Numbered from the stretch's first letter, positions 14,692 to 28,299 are shown. The stretch is 64,000 nt of DNA from Geosiphon pyriformis uo1 (GCA_016748015.1 JAAOMT010000375.1:115493-179492); one strand, 5' to 3'. Notes: generated from the letters alone by a model not told the origin. Numbers and translations are program-made.

Positions 14692-16100
14692 TAAAAAACG
14701 GGTGTTTACCTGCAAAATATACAATTGATATCAGCAAAATTTATGACTGCTAAAAATTATTGCGATAATTATCCTGTAATATAGCGTTAGAATATGCTTA
14801 TGATTGAATGACCGATCATCACAGAAAATCCCTCAATCAAAATCTACGCTGCTAAGCCTTTGTCCATGATCAGCAGTAAAGACCACAATTTATTGGTCAA
14901 TCGTCAATTATGATTTTAGGCATTAACTACTAGTTATTTCCATTAAAGCGAAAAGATGTAGATCTACGATAATTGTTTTGGTCGTAAATAATAATTTGAA
15001 AAACGATCATACTTTTTAGAAATAGTAGGAATTGCTAAAGCCTATAATATTACCTAGACATTGACACTTTAAAAATTTTCAATAAATCCAAAAGCGAAAA
15101 TATTTAACAAAGGATCAACTTTTACAAAAAGATTGGCCAAAATTTAAAAATAATTATTTAGAACAATCGTATTTATAAGAAATATATTTTCGTAGAGATT
15201 AAATAAAGCTTCAAGATCAGTTTAAATCTGATTTTTTTGCTTTATTAAATTTTCGTAAACTTTTCAGTGGATTTTATAATTAATAAATAGCGAACACAAC
15301 AAATATTTTCATAGCTTTCTTTCAAATATGCAAGAAGATTAAAGCTTTTCTAATTGGCTTATAATAATAAAATGGACTTTTGGGTTGAGTGAATCTCCAA
15401 ATCATGAGAGATGGCTTTGAGGTTGAAACTTGTTTAGAATGTTGATTAGTATTATTAGTTTTGGTGGTTTAAATTTGAAATATTTTCTAAGTTTTTTGAT
15501 GTAATATCAAACTTTATTTTTTGTTTTAATAAATATTGATTGCATCTCAAAATTTTTTGCTTGCTAAGTTACTTTTTCTTATTATGCTTAAATTGCTAAG
15601 TCTTCTATGGTTTTTGAATTAGTTTTTCTTGCATTTTATAATATTCTTAATAGATTTTTTGATAAAATTAAACCCAGTTTTGGTAAAGTTGTTGTTGACC
15701 TAAAATTTGTTGATTTGTAATAATATATTATTGTTTATTATAAAAATTTGGTTTTAAATTACTGGTTAATTTTTGTAAAAAAAACAGTATTAATATTTTT
15801 TTTAAATTAAAATCCAATTTTACAATTAAATTAATCTATTTTTTTAATTGTATAATTTATAAAATTAACAATATAAAGTGTTTTTTTAATTATTGTTAAA
15901 AATATGTAATTATAATTTTTAAATTTTAATATTACAGTTGTCAAAATTAATATTTTAAGAAAAACTAAATTTAATAATTGTTAATATTATTACAAATATT
16001 ATATATATATATTTATTTATATTATTTATAAACATATTACATTTATAAAATCAGTTAAATAAAAAAAGATATAAAATAAAACCAATTTTAAATATATTTA

Positions 16101-18085
16101 ATTATTTTTATTTTTATTTTTTAATAAGTGAGATCTAAACACTGTTTAGTATCATATAATTGATCTAAACTAAGTGTAAATTATGTATTTTCTACACATG
16201 ACCAGCCACTTAAGCCAATTAGGACAATACTAGATTCTTATATAAACTAAAACTGGGTCTCCAATACCTGAAAAAAATAAACAAGAATAACAAAAACTAA
16301 AACCAATACCAAAAGCCTCAGCAATATCTAGCAATTTAATTACACTAGCAAAAAGCATTAAAAACAGCCCAAAAACTAAAACCAAAACCAAACTATTAAC
16401 TGGTATCAGCCCATTTTTTTCTATAAAAGCACAATGTTTAGCATGCACCAACCAAACTTTATCTTTAAAAGCAAGACAAAAGTCATGTACAAAGTTTACC
16501 ACCTTTCGAACTGCAATTTTAGAACCCCTAAAGACAGAAGTAGCTTTTTGAAGCCAAGTTTTGAATATAAATCTTTTGTAAAGAGCCATGCATACTGCTA
16601 CATTTATTACACAAAAGAATAATAATTGAGATACACAAGAAGAAAAGAGAGAAAAACTAAAAAGCGCACTCCAAACAGTCACATAAGCATCCAACAATCA
16701 ATGGCAAACAGAATTATCAACTACATAAGAAAAAGCATGGTCCAAAACCTCAACATCACCACAATACAAACACAATACACTGGAATAACACCTGTCATAT
16801 AGGCACTTCTAAACAGTAACAGACAACCAATAATACAAAGCTTTTATAAAATATGTATAGGCACCAGCAGTAAACTTACTAGTAAAACCAGTAGTTATAT
16901 ACAAGTTAAAATGCTATACCAAAAATAAGCCAAGCCAATCAATGTTTGAAAGCAAATTAACACCTAAAACTTTAGAACCAGAACCAACTTCTTAGCATGC
17001 ATAATGAACAGCCTGAAAGATCTCATAAACAAAATATCTAGAACTACCAAAAATAACACTACTCTTAGCCATAATAAAACATTCACTCACCCAGGGAAGA
17101 GAGGAAAAAGGTACCAATGAAAAAGAGAAGCAGTATCAGCACATTCATTACCTAATATTTCTAAATAATTTTTTATCTTATGCCAGCTAACATTCAAATT
17201 CTTCTTTCTAATAACATTTACAATATGCTGACATTCAATCTAACATTAATTCCAAAAATCTAGACACACCAGATCTAATTCCAACTTACATGCATCCAAG
17301 GCAGCCTAACTGTCTGTAAAAAAGCAAACTAAGCTTAAAAAAAGAACACAGTCAAAAGCCAAAGCAATTGCCTGCATTTCTGCCAAAATTAATAACATCA
17401 GACCAGACACTTTGACTCTCAAACTCAAGCCAATATCTTTAAAAAAAACTGCTGCACCAGTTTTCATGTTAGTACTTCCCAAGTTCTTTAAAGATTCATT
17501 TATATAAACAAAAAAACTGTCAGCTATAACATTCAACAAATGATCTCAAACAAGCCCAAACTCATGAAATTCCAAAACATTTAATGGATCAAAAGCATTT
17601 GAAAGAGAAAAATAGACAGAAGAAGAAGCCACACCATTCAGGAAATCTACAGAAAGCTTAAATCAGATAAGAACTAAGCCAAGTGAGTCCAATTTTTTCC
17701 AACATTTGAAAGTCTTCCAATTAAAAACAGTACCATTATAATTGCAAAGCTGCTTCACAAAAGCAATGCCATATTGCCAAAGTAAAGGAGAGAATCCAAA
17801 GAAATTAGATTTGTCGAACATCTCAAATATGAGAATACCACTTTGAAAATAGAAAGTATTGCTTATTAGACCACCTAGAAACAAATTGTATTCATAAAAA
17901 ATGCAAACCATACTAGCCAAAAAGTTATTAAATAGACTAATCTTGATGTAAGCTAGAGAACTCAAAAGATACACCAGACACCAACACAGAACTTACAAGT
18001 CATAAAACTTGTGTAAAAACAAATAACTCAATATTCTTTTAGAGTTTGCAAAACACATAACAGAAGTCAACTTGTTCTTAGTCTA
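16101..18085 (-). mobile_element. 5'-truncated, degenerate LINE-A copy (RNase H, zinc finger, 3' UTR)
   Basis: Colinear with 150-2135 (e.g. tgatctaaact in the 3' UTR; GAAVFFKDIG...AEMQAIALA in RNase H). Confidence 0.88.
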
Positions 18086-18993
18086 TTTTAATTTTATTGT
18101 CAAAATAATTAATAAATTAATATTATATAAATTATTACAATTATTGTTGTTTATTATATTTAAATTAATACTATATATTTAATTTTATTTTTTATTTTTT
18201 GCTTTAATTTTTATTATTAGTATTTATATTTTAATAATAACTATTTTAATATATTGTTTTTTAATATATAAGTTTAATTATTACTTAATATAATATATTA
18301 AAACTTAAATTAGATATAAATTTTACATATAATTAAAAAAAAACTTAATTTAAATTATAATATATTAATTATAAAAAATTTATTCTAAAAAAATATTTTA
18401 TGTATATATATTAATAAAATATTAATAAATTATTTTACTTAATTATTTAGTAATATTATTTTTAATATTAAAAAACTAAAACTTACAAAAATTTATTATA
18501 TTATTAAAAATTTTATTAACTATAAAAATTCATATTTTTATATTTAATCATTAACTTACTAATTTTTTTATGCAATTTATTTAACTTATTATGAATTTTT
18601 TTTCTAATTATAATATAATTTTGCAATTTAATATACAAAACAAAAAGAGTATTTAATAATTTAGTAATTAAAATAACTAAAATGTTAATAAAGTTAACAA
18701 TAAATTTAACTAAAAAACCAAAACAATTAATTAAAATTATAAAAAAGCCAAATAAAAATTAATCATAAAATTAACAATAATAATAATAATAACAGCCAAA
18801 AAAACAACAAAAAAAACCAAAAAAGCAAAAATTTTAACATAAAACTTGATATTATTATTTATAAAATAATTAAAAAATAATTAATAAGTTAAAATTATTT
18901 TTTTATTAATTATTACATATATTAGTTACTAATTTTATATAAAAAATAAAACTTTTTTCTTTTTATGTTTTAAATTTTCTAAAAGTATTATAT

Positions 18994-21900
18994 TATTATA
19001 ATTAAAATCTATAGTTTTTATTAATTATTACATGTATTAATTATTAATCTGATTATTGATTTAATTATTAATCTAATTAATAACTTAATTATTGATCTAA
19101 TTGCTAATCTAATTGTTAACTACTTTCAATAGCTATATAAGCAATAAATATTTCAGCTGTAAAAAAATATGATTAAAGTAATAAAATAAAATTTACTATT
19201 AATTACTTTTTTTTATATTGCTTATTTTTTTTTATCTTCAAATATCTGAATATTTTGAGATAAAAAATTACTTGTTGGTATTCATATATCTTATTATTTT
19301 TTCTTGATTTGTATTGTTAAAATTAACTTAAGAAGTAATTGTTTGCTTTGTAATTTATTGAATAAAAAAAATAATTGAAAAACACAATAATATTTATTAT
19401 TAATTTTAAAAATTATTAAATAAAGCATAAAATAATAGCAGCAATATTATTTTATTAATAATTATAAACTATTTTTTTGCTTTCAAATTTCCAAAAAAGA
19501 TTTACAACTGTAATTTTTATAAGACTAATTATTTTTATTAAATTTTTATTCATTTAATTTGCTTTTTTATTATAATTCTCTCTTTAATTATTTCTATTAC
19601 CTTACAATATTGTTTTTTTTTGCTATTTATTAACATATTATTTTAACTTATAACATAAAAGTAGTGCTTTTTATAAGATTGTCAAAATTTACTTATTTTC
19701 TATTATATAAATAATTACTTATATCTGCCATAATAATCAAAAAAATACTTTATAGTATATAACAGAAATAACTTAAATTTTATTAAACTTAATTCTTTGT
19801 CCTCTTGTTTGATTTGTATTTCAACAGAAAAACAATTTAGCAGACAATTTCAAGACTTTTGGAACTGGTTTCTGAACAAACATTTAGTTAAAACCTATAT
19901 AACATACATAATTTATCTTATTGATTAAGCTTACTTTAAAGATTTTTTTAAAAAAAGAAACAATAACATTAATCAATTCTTATATTCTATAATTTTTGAA
20001 CAACAGCCTTCTAATTTCTGAATTATTAAATTTACATTTGGATTGTTGCCTATTAGTTAGTTAAAACTTTTTTTGAAACAAAAGAAAAAAGCTATCAAAC
20101 TGTTTTTGTTTTTTAATTTTTTTTAAGTAAATTATATTATTCTATATAAACAGTTACTTCTGATTCAATAACTGTTAATTTTATATAAACAAACATTTTG
20201 GCTGCTTTCCAAGACATACAAACTATTTTAAAACAAAGAAACAACACTTTATTACTATTATTTAAAAATAATGTTTATGACTTAATTGAATAATTAAACA
20301 ATTTTAAAAAAGCAGTTACTACTAATTAATATAATATTAAATACAAATTTTAAATCATTAGTGACTATTTTTAAAACTTTTTTGCTATTTGGTTTTTACA
20401 AAAAACTAATGTTGATGCTTATCAAAAAATTATTAGATAGATATCAATAAATATTAAAAAAAAATATTTTTTTTATTATTTAGTTTAAAAACAAATTCAA
20501 AACATTTATTTTAATTTCCAAATAGTATATAAAATTAAAAAATAACTTAAGATCTTAATAAAGTTGTAACCAAATATACCAAAGCAATCAAAAAACTTAT
20601 TAAATAAATAAACTTTAAAAAAAACTAAACAAAAGAACAAAATATTTATTCTTTTACAAAAAAATTGAAAACTGACTTATTTTATGTTCTTTGGCTTTTT
20701 TTGGTTTTAAAAAATAATTTTACAATAAATATAATCATTAAACTAGTACAAAAAATTGAAAACAACCAAAAAATGTATTTAAGATTCATATTTTTAATTT
20801 TTGTTTTTGCTTTTATTTTGGTTCTTGCTTTTCAAATAGCAGTTATTTTTTTTGCTGCCCAAATTCAAAATTCTAATGAATAATTAATAGATAAACTTAT
20901 AATCAATTTTGTCTAATTATTAAAACCATTAGTTCAAGCAGTTAAAAAAACTTAACAATTCCAAAGACCCAAATTTAAATCCTGTTTTAATTAGTTTTAG
21001 CAGTTTTTTATTAAAGACAGCAAAATTATGACCTATTTATATACTATTATTGTAAATTAACTAAACATTTTTTAAAAAATTGCAATAATTTTCTATTGTT
21101 TTCTCTAGCTTTTAAAAACAATAATATTCAAAACAATAGTATTATTAACAATAATGTCCTAATTAAAGATATAATTAAGCCAACATTAATTTTTTTAAAA
21201 AGAATCTTTTATATTAAAACCACTGTTTATTAATCTTTAAATTGTATCTTTAAAAGATAAGAATACAAGCCAACTAGAAAAAAATTTCTTTTATACTTTT
21301 AACTTAATTAATGATAATTATAAAATAAATAAACTGGCTATTAACACTTTTAACTTAACAAAAAAAAAGAAAGCCAAATTGATTTTGTTTTAAACTTTTA
21401 CAAAGTCTTAATTTCTACTATTAATAATAATAAACCACTAAAAACTAAAGTCTTTAAGAATTTTTTAAAACTAAAACTTTCAAAAATTATACAAAAATCT
21501 AGACCCTATTTTTTTGTCAAAAATCTCATAAAAACTCTAGTACATATTACTTTTGGCCAATTAATAACTTATCTACAATTTAGAAAAAATTTTCACAAAT
21601 TTTTAATTCCAAAAAAAACACCAAAGACAATAAGCATTTTTGTTAAGCTGAACTTGCTAACAATAGCAATAATACTTCTTTAATTTGAAAAGTCTAAGTG
21701 ACTGATTACTTTATTAATCTGATTTTAAACAGTAAATCATCTGTTAATATTATTGCCAAATACTTTTTGGAAGCAATTAACAGAAAAATTAATAATCTAT
21801 CAATTTAGTTTATGACTAATATATATGATAATAATAAAAAAATTTTGGGTATAGCCAAAGCTGTTTCTGTTTATATCAATAATATTAGCATTAAAACTAA

Positions 21901-23147
21901 TATAAAAGTTTCTAAAACAAAAGAATATATTATAATTGTTGACAATAAATAACTCAAAAAAGCAAAAACTCTGTTTGATTATGAACTTTGTAAACTAATT
22001 ATTAAATATAGTAAAAAGCCTATTGTGATTAAGTATCATTATTAAACAACTTTCTTAGTATCTAAACAAAACTAAAAAAAAAAACAATTAGATAAATCAA
22101 ATAATAAAAAGAATAATAATAAAAAAAACAAAAAAAAACAAAAAAAACTGCTAAACTTGCTTATATTATTTTCATTAGCAATAACAAGCTATTAAATAAT
22201 ATTAAAACTAACAAAGAAAAAATTATTGTAAATAGCAAGCTAATTTGTTGGCCTTATTATGATATTTTTAGAAAAACTTTTGATAAAAAACTTAACAAAA
22301 AAGCTAAATATAGTTATTAGTAGTATGATTTTTGTGCTTAATATTAATATAATAAATTATTGTATTTTTTAGTAATAAATACTTGTTTTGTTTAATTTAT
22401 TACAAAGATTAGAAACCAATCAGCTTAATACTCCAAGAAAAAATAAAAGAAGTACAAAAATCTTTTGAAAATAAATTAATAAAAATACAGTTATTGATAA
22501 TAAAACAAAAAAAACCTTTTCTAAAAAAAAAAAAAAATATTAAAAATTTGTTTATTAAAAACCATCTAATTATCTCAAAAAAAAGCAATACTTTTAAACA
22601 TATTTATATAATACAACATATTATTATTATTAAAGAAACTTATTCTATCTACTTAAAATTTTATCAATCTAATTGTTACAATATTATGTTTATTAAAAAA
22701 AATAAACCAAATAAAAAATCTTAATTTTATACAAAAAATTAAGAGCAAATAGGTCTTTTTAGTTGTAATAGTATTCAAAAAAAGTAAAACTCTATACTTT
22801 TGTGTTGATTACTGCTAATTAAATACTATTATTAAAAGAAACATATATCTATTTTTCAAAATTAATATAATATTAAATCAATTTAATAGTGCCGTTTTTT
22901 TTCAATTATTAATTTAACTATTGAATTCTAGCAAATAAAAATAGATTCAAAAAGCAAAAAAAACTGCTTTTATTATCAAATATAACATTTATAAATTTAC
23001 AATCATGCTTTTTGGTCTTACCAATATTTCTTTTACTTTTTAATATTTAATAAACAAAATATTTAAATCAATCAAAAAAACTTTGTTTTAATTTATTTAA
23101 ATAACATAATAGTATACTTAAAAATTTGGAATAAATATCTTAAACAT
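18994..23147 (+). mobile_element. Gypsy copy A, extremely AT-eroded: 5' LTR 18994-19655, PBS remnant, gag, PR, start of RT
   Basis: Colinear with 25979-30225 once C>T/G>A changes are allowed. The LTR end taaca is followed by taaaagtagtgc. Confidence 0.85.
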
Positions 23148-23866
23148 TATTACTAAATATTTTTGGTCTCTTTTCTAGACTGTTGTTAATATTAGTTTAT
23201 TGTTTAATTTATGTTTATTAAAAGCTAGTAAATTTCTAATAACTGAATTTATTTTCAAATTATTTCTTATAATTTAAACTGCTGATAAGCTATTCTCAAA
23301 TTTGTGTGTCTACTTTTATTCCTGGGTCTTTTATCAGTGCTATATTTTAACGTTAGTACTCTGTACATTAATCTTTTTAAATCAAATAGTAAATCAACAA
23401 CAAAAAAATAAAAAAATAAAAAGAAAATAAAGAAAAAAAATAAAAAAATAAGCCAAGACAAGAAAAGTTAGTATCTTATCAATAGCTGTAATCAAGAGCT
23501 ATTGTTTTAGTGTGATTAAGTATTGAATACTATCAATATGTAGTGTTAATAGTAAAGAGAGTAATTTGGATGTTTAAATAGTTATTTTATTAATATTAAT
23601 GATTTTATTCTGTCAAATCTTGGTAGTGATTCTGTTTTTAATGCTCTTATTATATATACATAATTTGGATTTTATGAGATCACTTATATTTCTGAGCAAT
23701 GCATTATGATTTTTTGAGCAATTCTCACATTGCTGAACAATGTGTCCTAATTTTCTAATATTGCTCCATATTGCTAAGCAATATACTTACATGTTAACTA
23801 CTATTCTTCTATTGGTCTATTTGTTTTTCTTACTATTTTTTTGTATGTTTTTTTCTATAAGTAACA
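23148..23866 (-). mobile_element. Solo LTR of a second family (B1)
   Basis: Termini t(a)ttact...agtaaca. The reverse complement of 23380-23520 matches 24810-24960. Confidence 0.75.
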
Positions 23867-25978
23867 ATATTCTTACCAAACTGGACTTGCTAACAATAGC
23901 AATCTCACTTTTTTAATTTGCAAAGCATAAGTGACTAGTTACTTTATTGATTTGATTCTAGATAGTAAATTATCTGTTGGTGTTATTGCCAAACATTTTT
24001 TTAAAACAATTGGTTAAAAAATTAATGAACTTTCAATTAAACTTATGACCAATATATATAATAACAAAAAAAAAGAGCTTAATATAGCCAAAGCTGTTTT
24101 TGTTCACATTAATAACATCAGCATTGAAACTAACATAAAGATTTCTGAAGCTAAAGAATATACTATTATTATTGACAATGAATGGCTTAAGAAAACAAAA
24201 GTTTTACTTAATTATGAACTCTGTAAGCTAGTTATTAGATGTAGTAAAAAGCTTATTATAGTTAAGTATTATTATTAGACAACTCTTTTAGTGCCTAAGC
24301 AAGATTCAGAAAAAAAATAATCAGATAAATCAAATAATAAAGAAAATAATAAAAAAAATAATAAAAAAAAACAAAAAAAAACTGCTAAACTTGCTTGCAC
24401 TATCTTTACCAGTATTATTCATAGAATATAGGAAGTATATATTAGCATAAATTAGCCAATCAGAAGTAACCATAATAAATGTGGAATTCCAGGATTCCTA
24501 TCAGAGGAATTGCAGAATTTCAGGAATTTTAGAATTCTCATACAAGGAATTACAGGATTCCAGAATTCCAGAATTCCTCTCAAAGGAATTGCAGGATTCC
24601 AGGAATTCCAAGATTCCTGGTGTGAAGAATTGAAGAATTGAGAAATCTCAATTATGTATATATAGTGGTAGTGTTAGAAATAGAAAAGACAGACCTTTTA
24701 GTTTAGATTTGATCTAAGTAACTTTTCACATCACAAATATTAATAAATAATTATTCACTATTTCAATCCACTTTTCCACTATCAACACTTCATGTTGATA
24801 GTAATTCATACTTAACACACTGGAATAATAGCTTTTAATTATGGCTATTGATGAAATACTAACTTGAAAAAATTGCCTTGGCTATTTCTTTATTTTTCTT
24901 TGTTTTCTTTTATTTTTTTATTGTTATTTTTTTTATTGTTTACTAAATTGATTAAGGATTAAGCACTGAATTATTGATGTCAAGGATTGCCTGGTAAAAA
25001 AACCCCTACAAGTGGATAGAATATGTACAAGAATTACAGATTACTTACTAGAGGATTGCTAACCACCAAGCCGAGAAAAAAATTGACGGAATTGCAATTC
25101 TGGAAGGCTACTAAAAACAACTATTGAATCTTTGTCCATTATACAAAGAACTCAACCAAAACCTTCAGATACAAACCATCTTTAGTAATCAACATCATTA
25201 TATTAATTAAGCACCAAGTTACAGGTTTGTTATTTGTTTTGAGATCCCAAATAATCACTTGTAACACCAGCAATAACAAGCCAATGGACAATTTTAAAGC
25301 TGGCAAAGAAGAAATTATTGTAAATAACAAGCTAATCTGTTGGTTATACTATAACATACTCAAAAAAACCTTTGACAAAAAGCCTAGCAAGAAAGCCAAA
25401 TATGACATAATTTATGTGTCCAGTACTGATACAATAAATTATTGTATTCTCCCAATAATGAATGTAAATTCTGTCTAATTTATTACAAGAATTGAGAACT
25501 TATTAGCTTGATACCAAAAAAAAGATACAAAAAGTACAAAAGTTTTTTGAGAACAAATCATCAGAAATATAGTTATTAATAATAGAGCAAAAAAAATCCT
25601 TTTCAGAAGAAAAAAAAATAGACATTGAAAATTTGTTGGCTTAAAACAACCCAGTTATCTCAAAAAAAGTGATACTTCTGAATGTACATATGTAATACAA
25701 TATATCATTACTACCAAAAAAACCTGCTCTATTTATCTGAAGTCTTACCAATTTAATTGCTGTAATAATAAGTTTATTAAGAAAGAAATAAACCAAATAA
25801 AAAACCTTAAATTTATACAAAAAACCAACAATGAATGAGCTTTTTCAGTTGTAATAATATCCAAAAAATATGGAATTCTATGCTTTTGTGTTGACTATTG
25901 ACAATTGAATGCCAGCATTAAAAGAAATATATACTCACTTCTCAAAATTGATACAATGCTAAACTAATTCAATAATAT
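23867..25978 (+). mobile_element. Older gypsy pol fragment (PR to start of RT). It hosts solo LTR B2 and element B and resumes at 33694-33750
   Basis: Colinear with 28700-29965. The RT sequence continues across the insertion of element B. Confidence 0.85.
24413..25266 (+). mobile_element. Solo LTR of the second family (B2), 854 bp, 4-bp TSD CCAG
   Basis: Interrupts tatctttaccag|caataacaag. CCAG lies at 24409-24412 and 25267-25270. Ends tgtaaca. A GGAATTCC array is followed by a TATA box near 24657. Confidence 0.85.
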
Positions 25979-26693
25979 TGTTATGGTTGAAACCCATAGT
26001 TTTTATTAGTTATCACATGTATTAGCCATTGATATCATATAATTAGCCACCCTATTTTTAGATAGTAATCATTGACCTGATCAATGACCTGACCATTGAC
26101 CTGATCATTGACCTGATTATTGACCTAATCAATAACCTGATCATTGACCTGATCATTGATCTGGTCATTGACCACTTTAGATAGCTATATAAGCAATGAT
26201 TCCCTTAGCTGTAGAAAGACATAATCAAAGTAACAAAATAAAACAATATCAATTACTTCCTTTTATAATCACTTATTCCCTTTTCCTTACCTTCAAGTAT
26301 CTATTTGTTGGCATTTACATACCTTATTTTTTTCCCTTTTTGATTTGTATTTGTTAAAATTAGCCTGAGAAGCAATTGGCTTGCTCTTGTAATTCATTGA
26401 ATAAAGAAACGATTGAAAAGCACAACAATATCTGTTATTGATTCTAAGAATCACTGAGTTAAGGCATAGAATAATAGCAGCGGTGTTATCTTGTTGACAA
26501 TTACGGACTATTCCTCTACCTTCAGATTTAAGAAAAGATTAGTGACTGTGATTTTTATGAAACTGATCACACACATTGAATTCTTACTTATTCAATTTGC
26601 TCCCTTATTGTAATTCCCTCTTTGTTTATTTCTATTACCATATAATACTGTTCTCCTTTGCTATCTGTTAGCTTGTTACTCCAACTCATAACA
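25979..26693 (+). repeat. 5' LTR of copy B, with an 8 x 12-bp array (26072-26167) and TATA box (26186-26192)
   Basis: Direct repeat of 33027-33693 with inverted termini. Confidence 0.95.
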
Positions 26694-26699
26694 TAAAAG

Positions 26700-26716
26700 T
26701 GGTGCTCCCTGTGAGA
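26700..26716 (+). promoter_or_regulatory. tRNA primer-binding site TGGTGCTCCCTGTGAG (also at 36061 and 59915)
   Basis: Starts with TGG, 6 nt after the 5' LTR. It is absent after the 3' LTRs. Confidence 0.8.
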
Positions 26717-26745
26717 TTGTCAAAATTCACTTATTCCCTTATTGT

Positions 26746-28299
26746 ATGGGTGATTACTCATATCTGTCACAGCAATCAGAAGAACACTTTGCAGCACACA
26801 ATAGAAACGACCTAGATTTCATTGAACTTAATCTTCTGCCCTCCTGCTTGATCTGCTTTCCCCTTGAAAAACAATCCAGCAGACAATTCCAAGACTTTTG
26901 GAACTGGTTCCTGAATGAGCATTTAGCTGAAACCTACACAGCTTATACAACTTATTACTTTGACCAAGCTTATTTTAAAAACGACTTTGAAGAAAGAAAC
27001 AACAGTATCAATCAGCTCTTATATTCTGCAACCTTTGAACAACAGCCTCCTGATTTCGAATATCTGAATCATCAAATCCACATTTGGATTGCTGCCCATC
27101 AAGCAACTGAAACTCCCTTTGAAACAGAAGAAGAAAGTTACCAAACTGCCCCTGTTTTTAACTTTTTATCAAGTAAATCAGATTCGTCTACACAAACAGT
27201 TACTCCTGAACCAATGGCTAATAACTCCATACAAGCAAACATTCTGGCCACCCTCCAAGGTATACAAACTGCTCTAGGAAGAAGAAACAATATCCCACTA
27301 CTACTATTTAGAGATAATGCACAAGATTCAATTGAATGGTTGGATGATTTTGAGAGAGCTGCTACAGCCAACCAGTATAATGAAGAATACAAGTTCTAAA
27401 TCATTGGTGGCTACCTCCAAGGCTCTTCTGCTACCTGGTTCTCACAAGAAACAGATGCCAATGCTCAACACAGAATAATCAGATGGACACCAATTAATGC
27501 TGGAGAAAAAAATACCTCTTTCACTACCCAATTTGAGGCCAAGTTCAAAATCCCAATATTAATATCCAAATGGTGCATGGAATTAGAAAAAAGAACCCAA
27601 GGTTCTGGAGAAGTAGTGACTGAATATGCCAAGGCTATTAGAAAGCTAATCAAACGTGTAGACTCTGGGAAAAATTGGACAGAAGAGCAGAAAATTCACT
27701 CCTTCACAAAAAGATTGAGAACTGATCTATTATATGCTCTTTGGCCCCTCCTGGCTCTGAAAGATAATCCCACCATGGATATGGCCATTGAATTAGCACA
27801 AAGAATTGAAGATAACCAAAGGATGCACTTGGGATTCACACTACCAGTTTTTGCTCCTGCTCCTGTTATGGCTCCTGTCCCTTAAATGGCTGCTACTTTT
27901 TTTGCCACTCACACTCAAGATCCAAATGAACAGTTAATAGACAGACTCACAGCAAATTTTGCCCGGTTATTAGAACCCTTAGCCCAAGCAGTCAGAAAAA
28001 ATTAACAACCACAAAGATCCAGATTTGAATCACGCTTCAATCAGCCCCAGCAACCACCTTATCAAAGACAACAAAATCATGGCCCACCTGTATGCTATCA
28101 CTGTGGATTAACTGGACACTTTTCAAGAGATTGTAACAATCCTCCACTGCCTCCACTAGTTTCCAAAAACAATGATGCTCAGAACAACAGACCCAACAAC
28201 AACAATGTGCCCAACCAAAAACCCAATCATGCTAACATTAATTTCTTTGGAGAGGATCCCCTAGTTGAAGCCACTGTTTATCAGCCTTTAAACTGGTAG
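26746..28299 (+). pseudogene. gag of copy B (517 codons; capsid-like region, CCHC knuckle)
   Basis: Single frame with nonsense substitutions. Motifs IEWLDDFERAATANQY and CYHCGLTGHFSRDC; ends VYQPLNW*. Confidence 0.9.

Noticed and set aside
18086-18993. NUMT, centromeric satellite or origin in ultra-AT-rich DNA
   Set aside because: No organellar genes or periodicity; faint matches to half-LINE and LTR sequence suggest eroded TE remnants, too degraded to delimit.
20665-23461. Hydrophobic or Lys/Asn/Ile-rich small ORFs
   Set aside because: Artefacts of AT erosion of gag/pol and LTR sequence.
26072-26175. CRISPR-like repeat array
   Set aside because: Head-to-tail 12-mers with no unique spacers, inside an LTR, and no cas genes.
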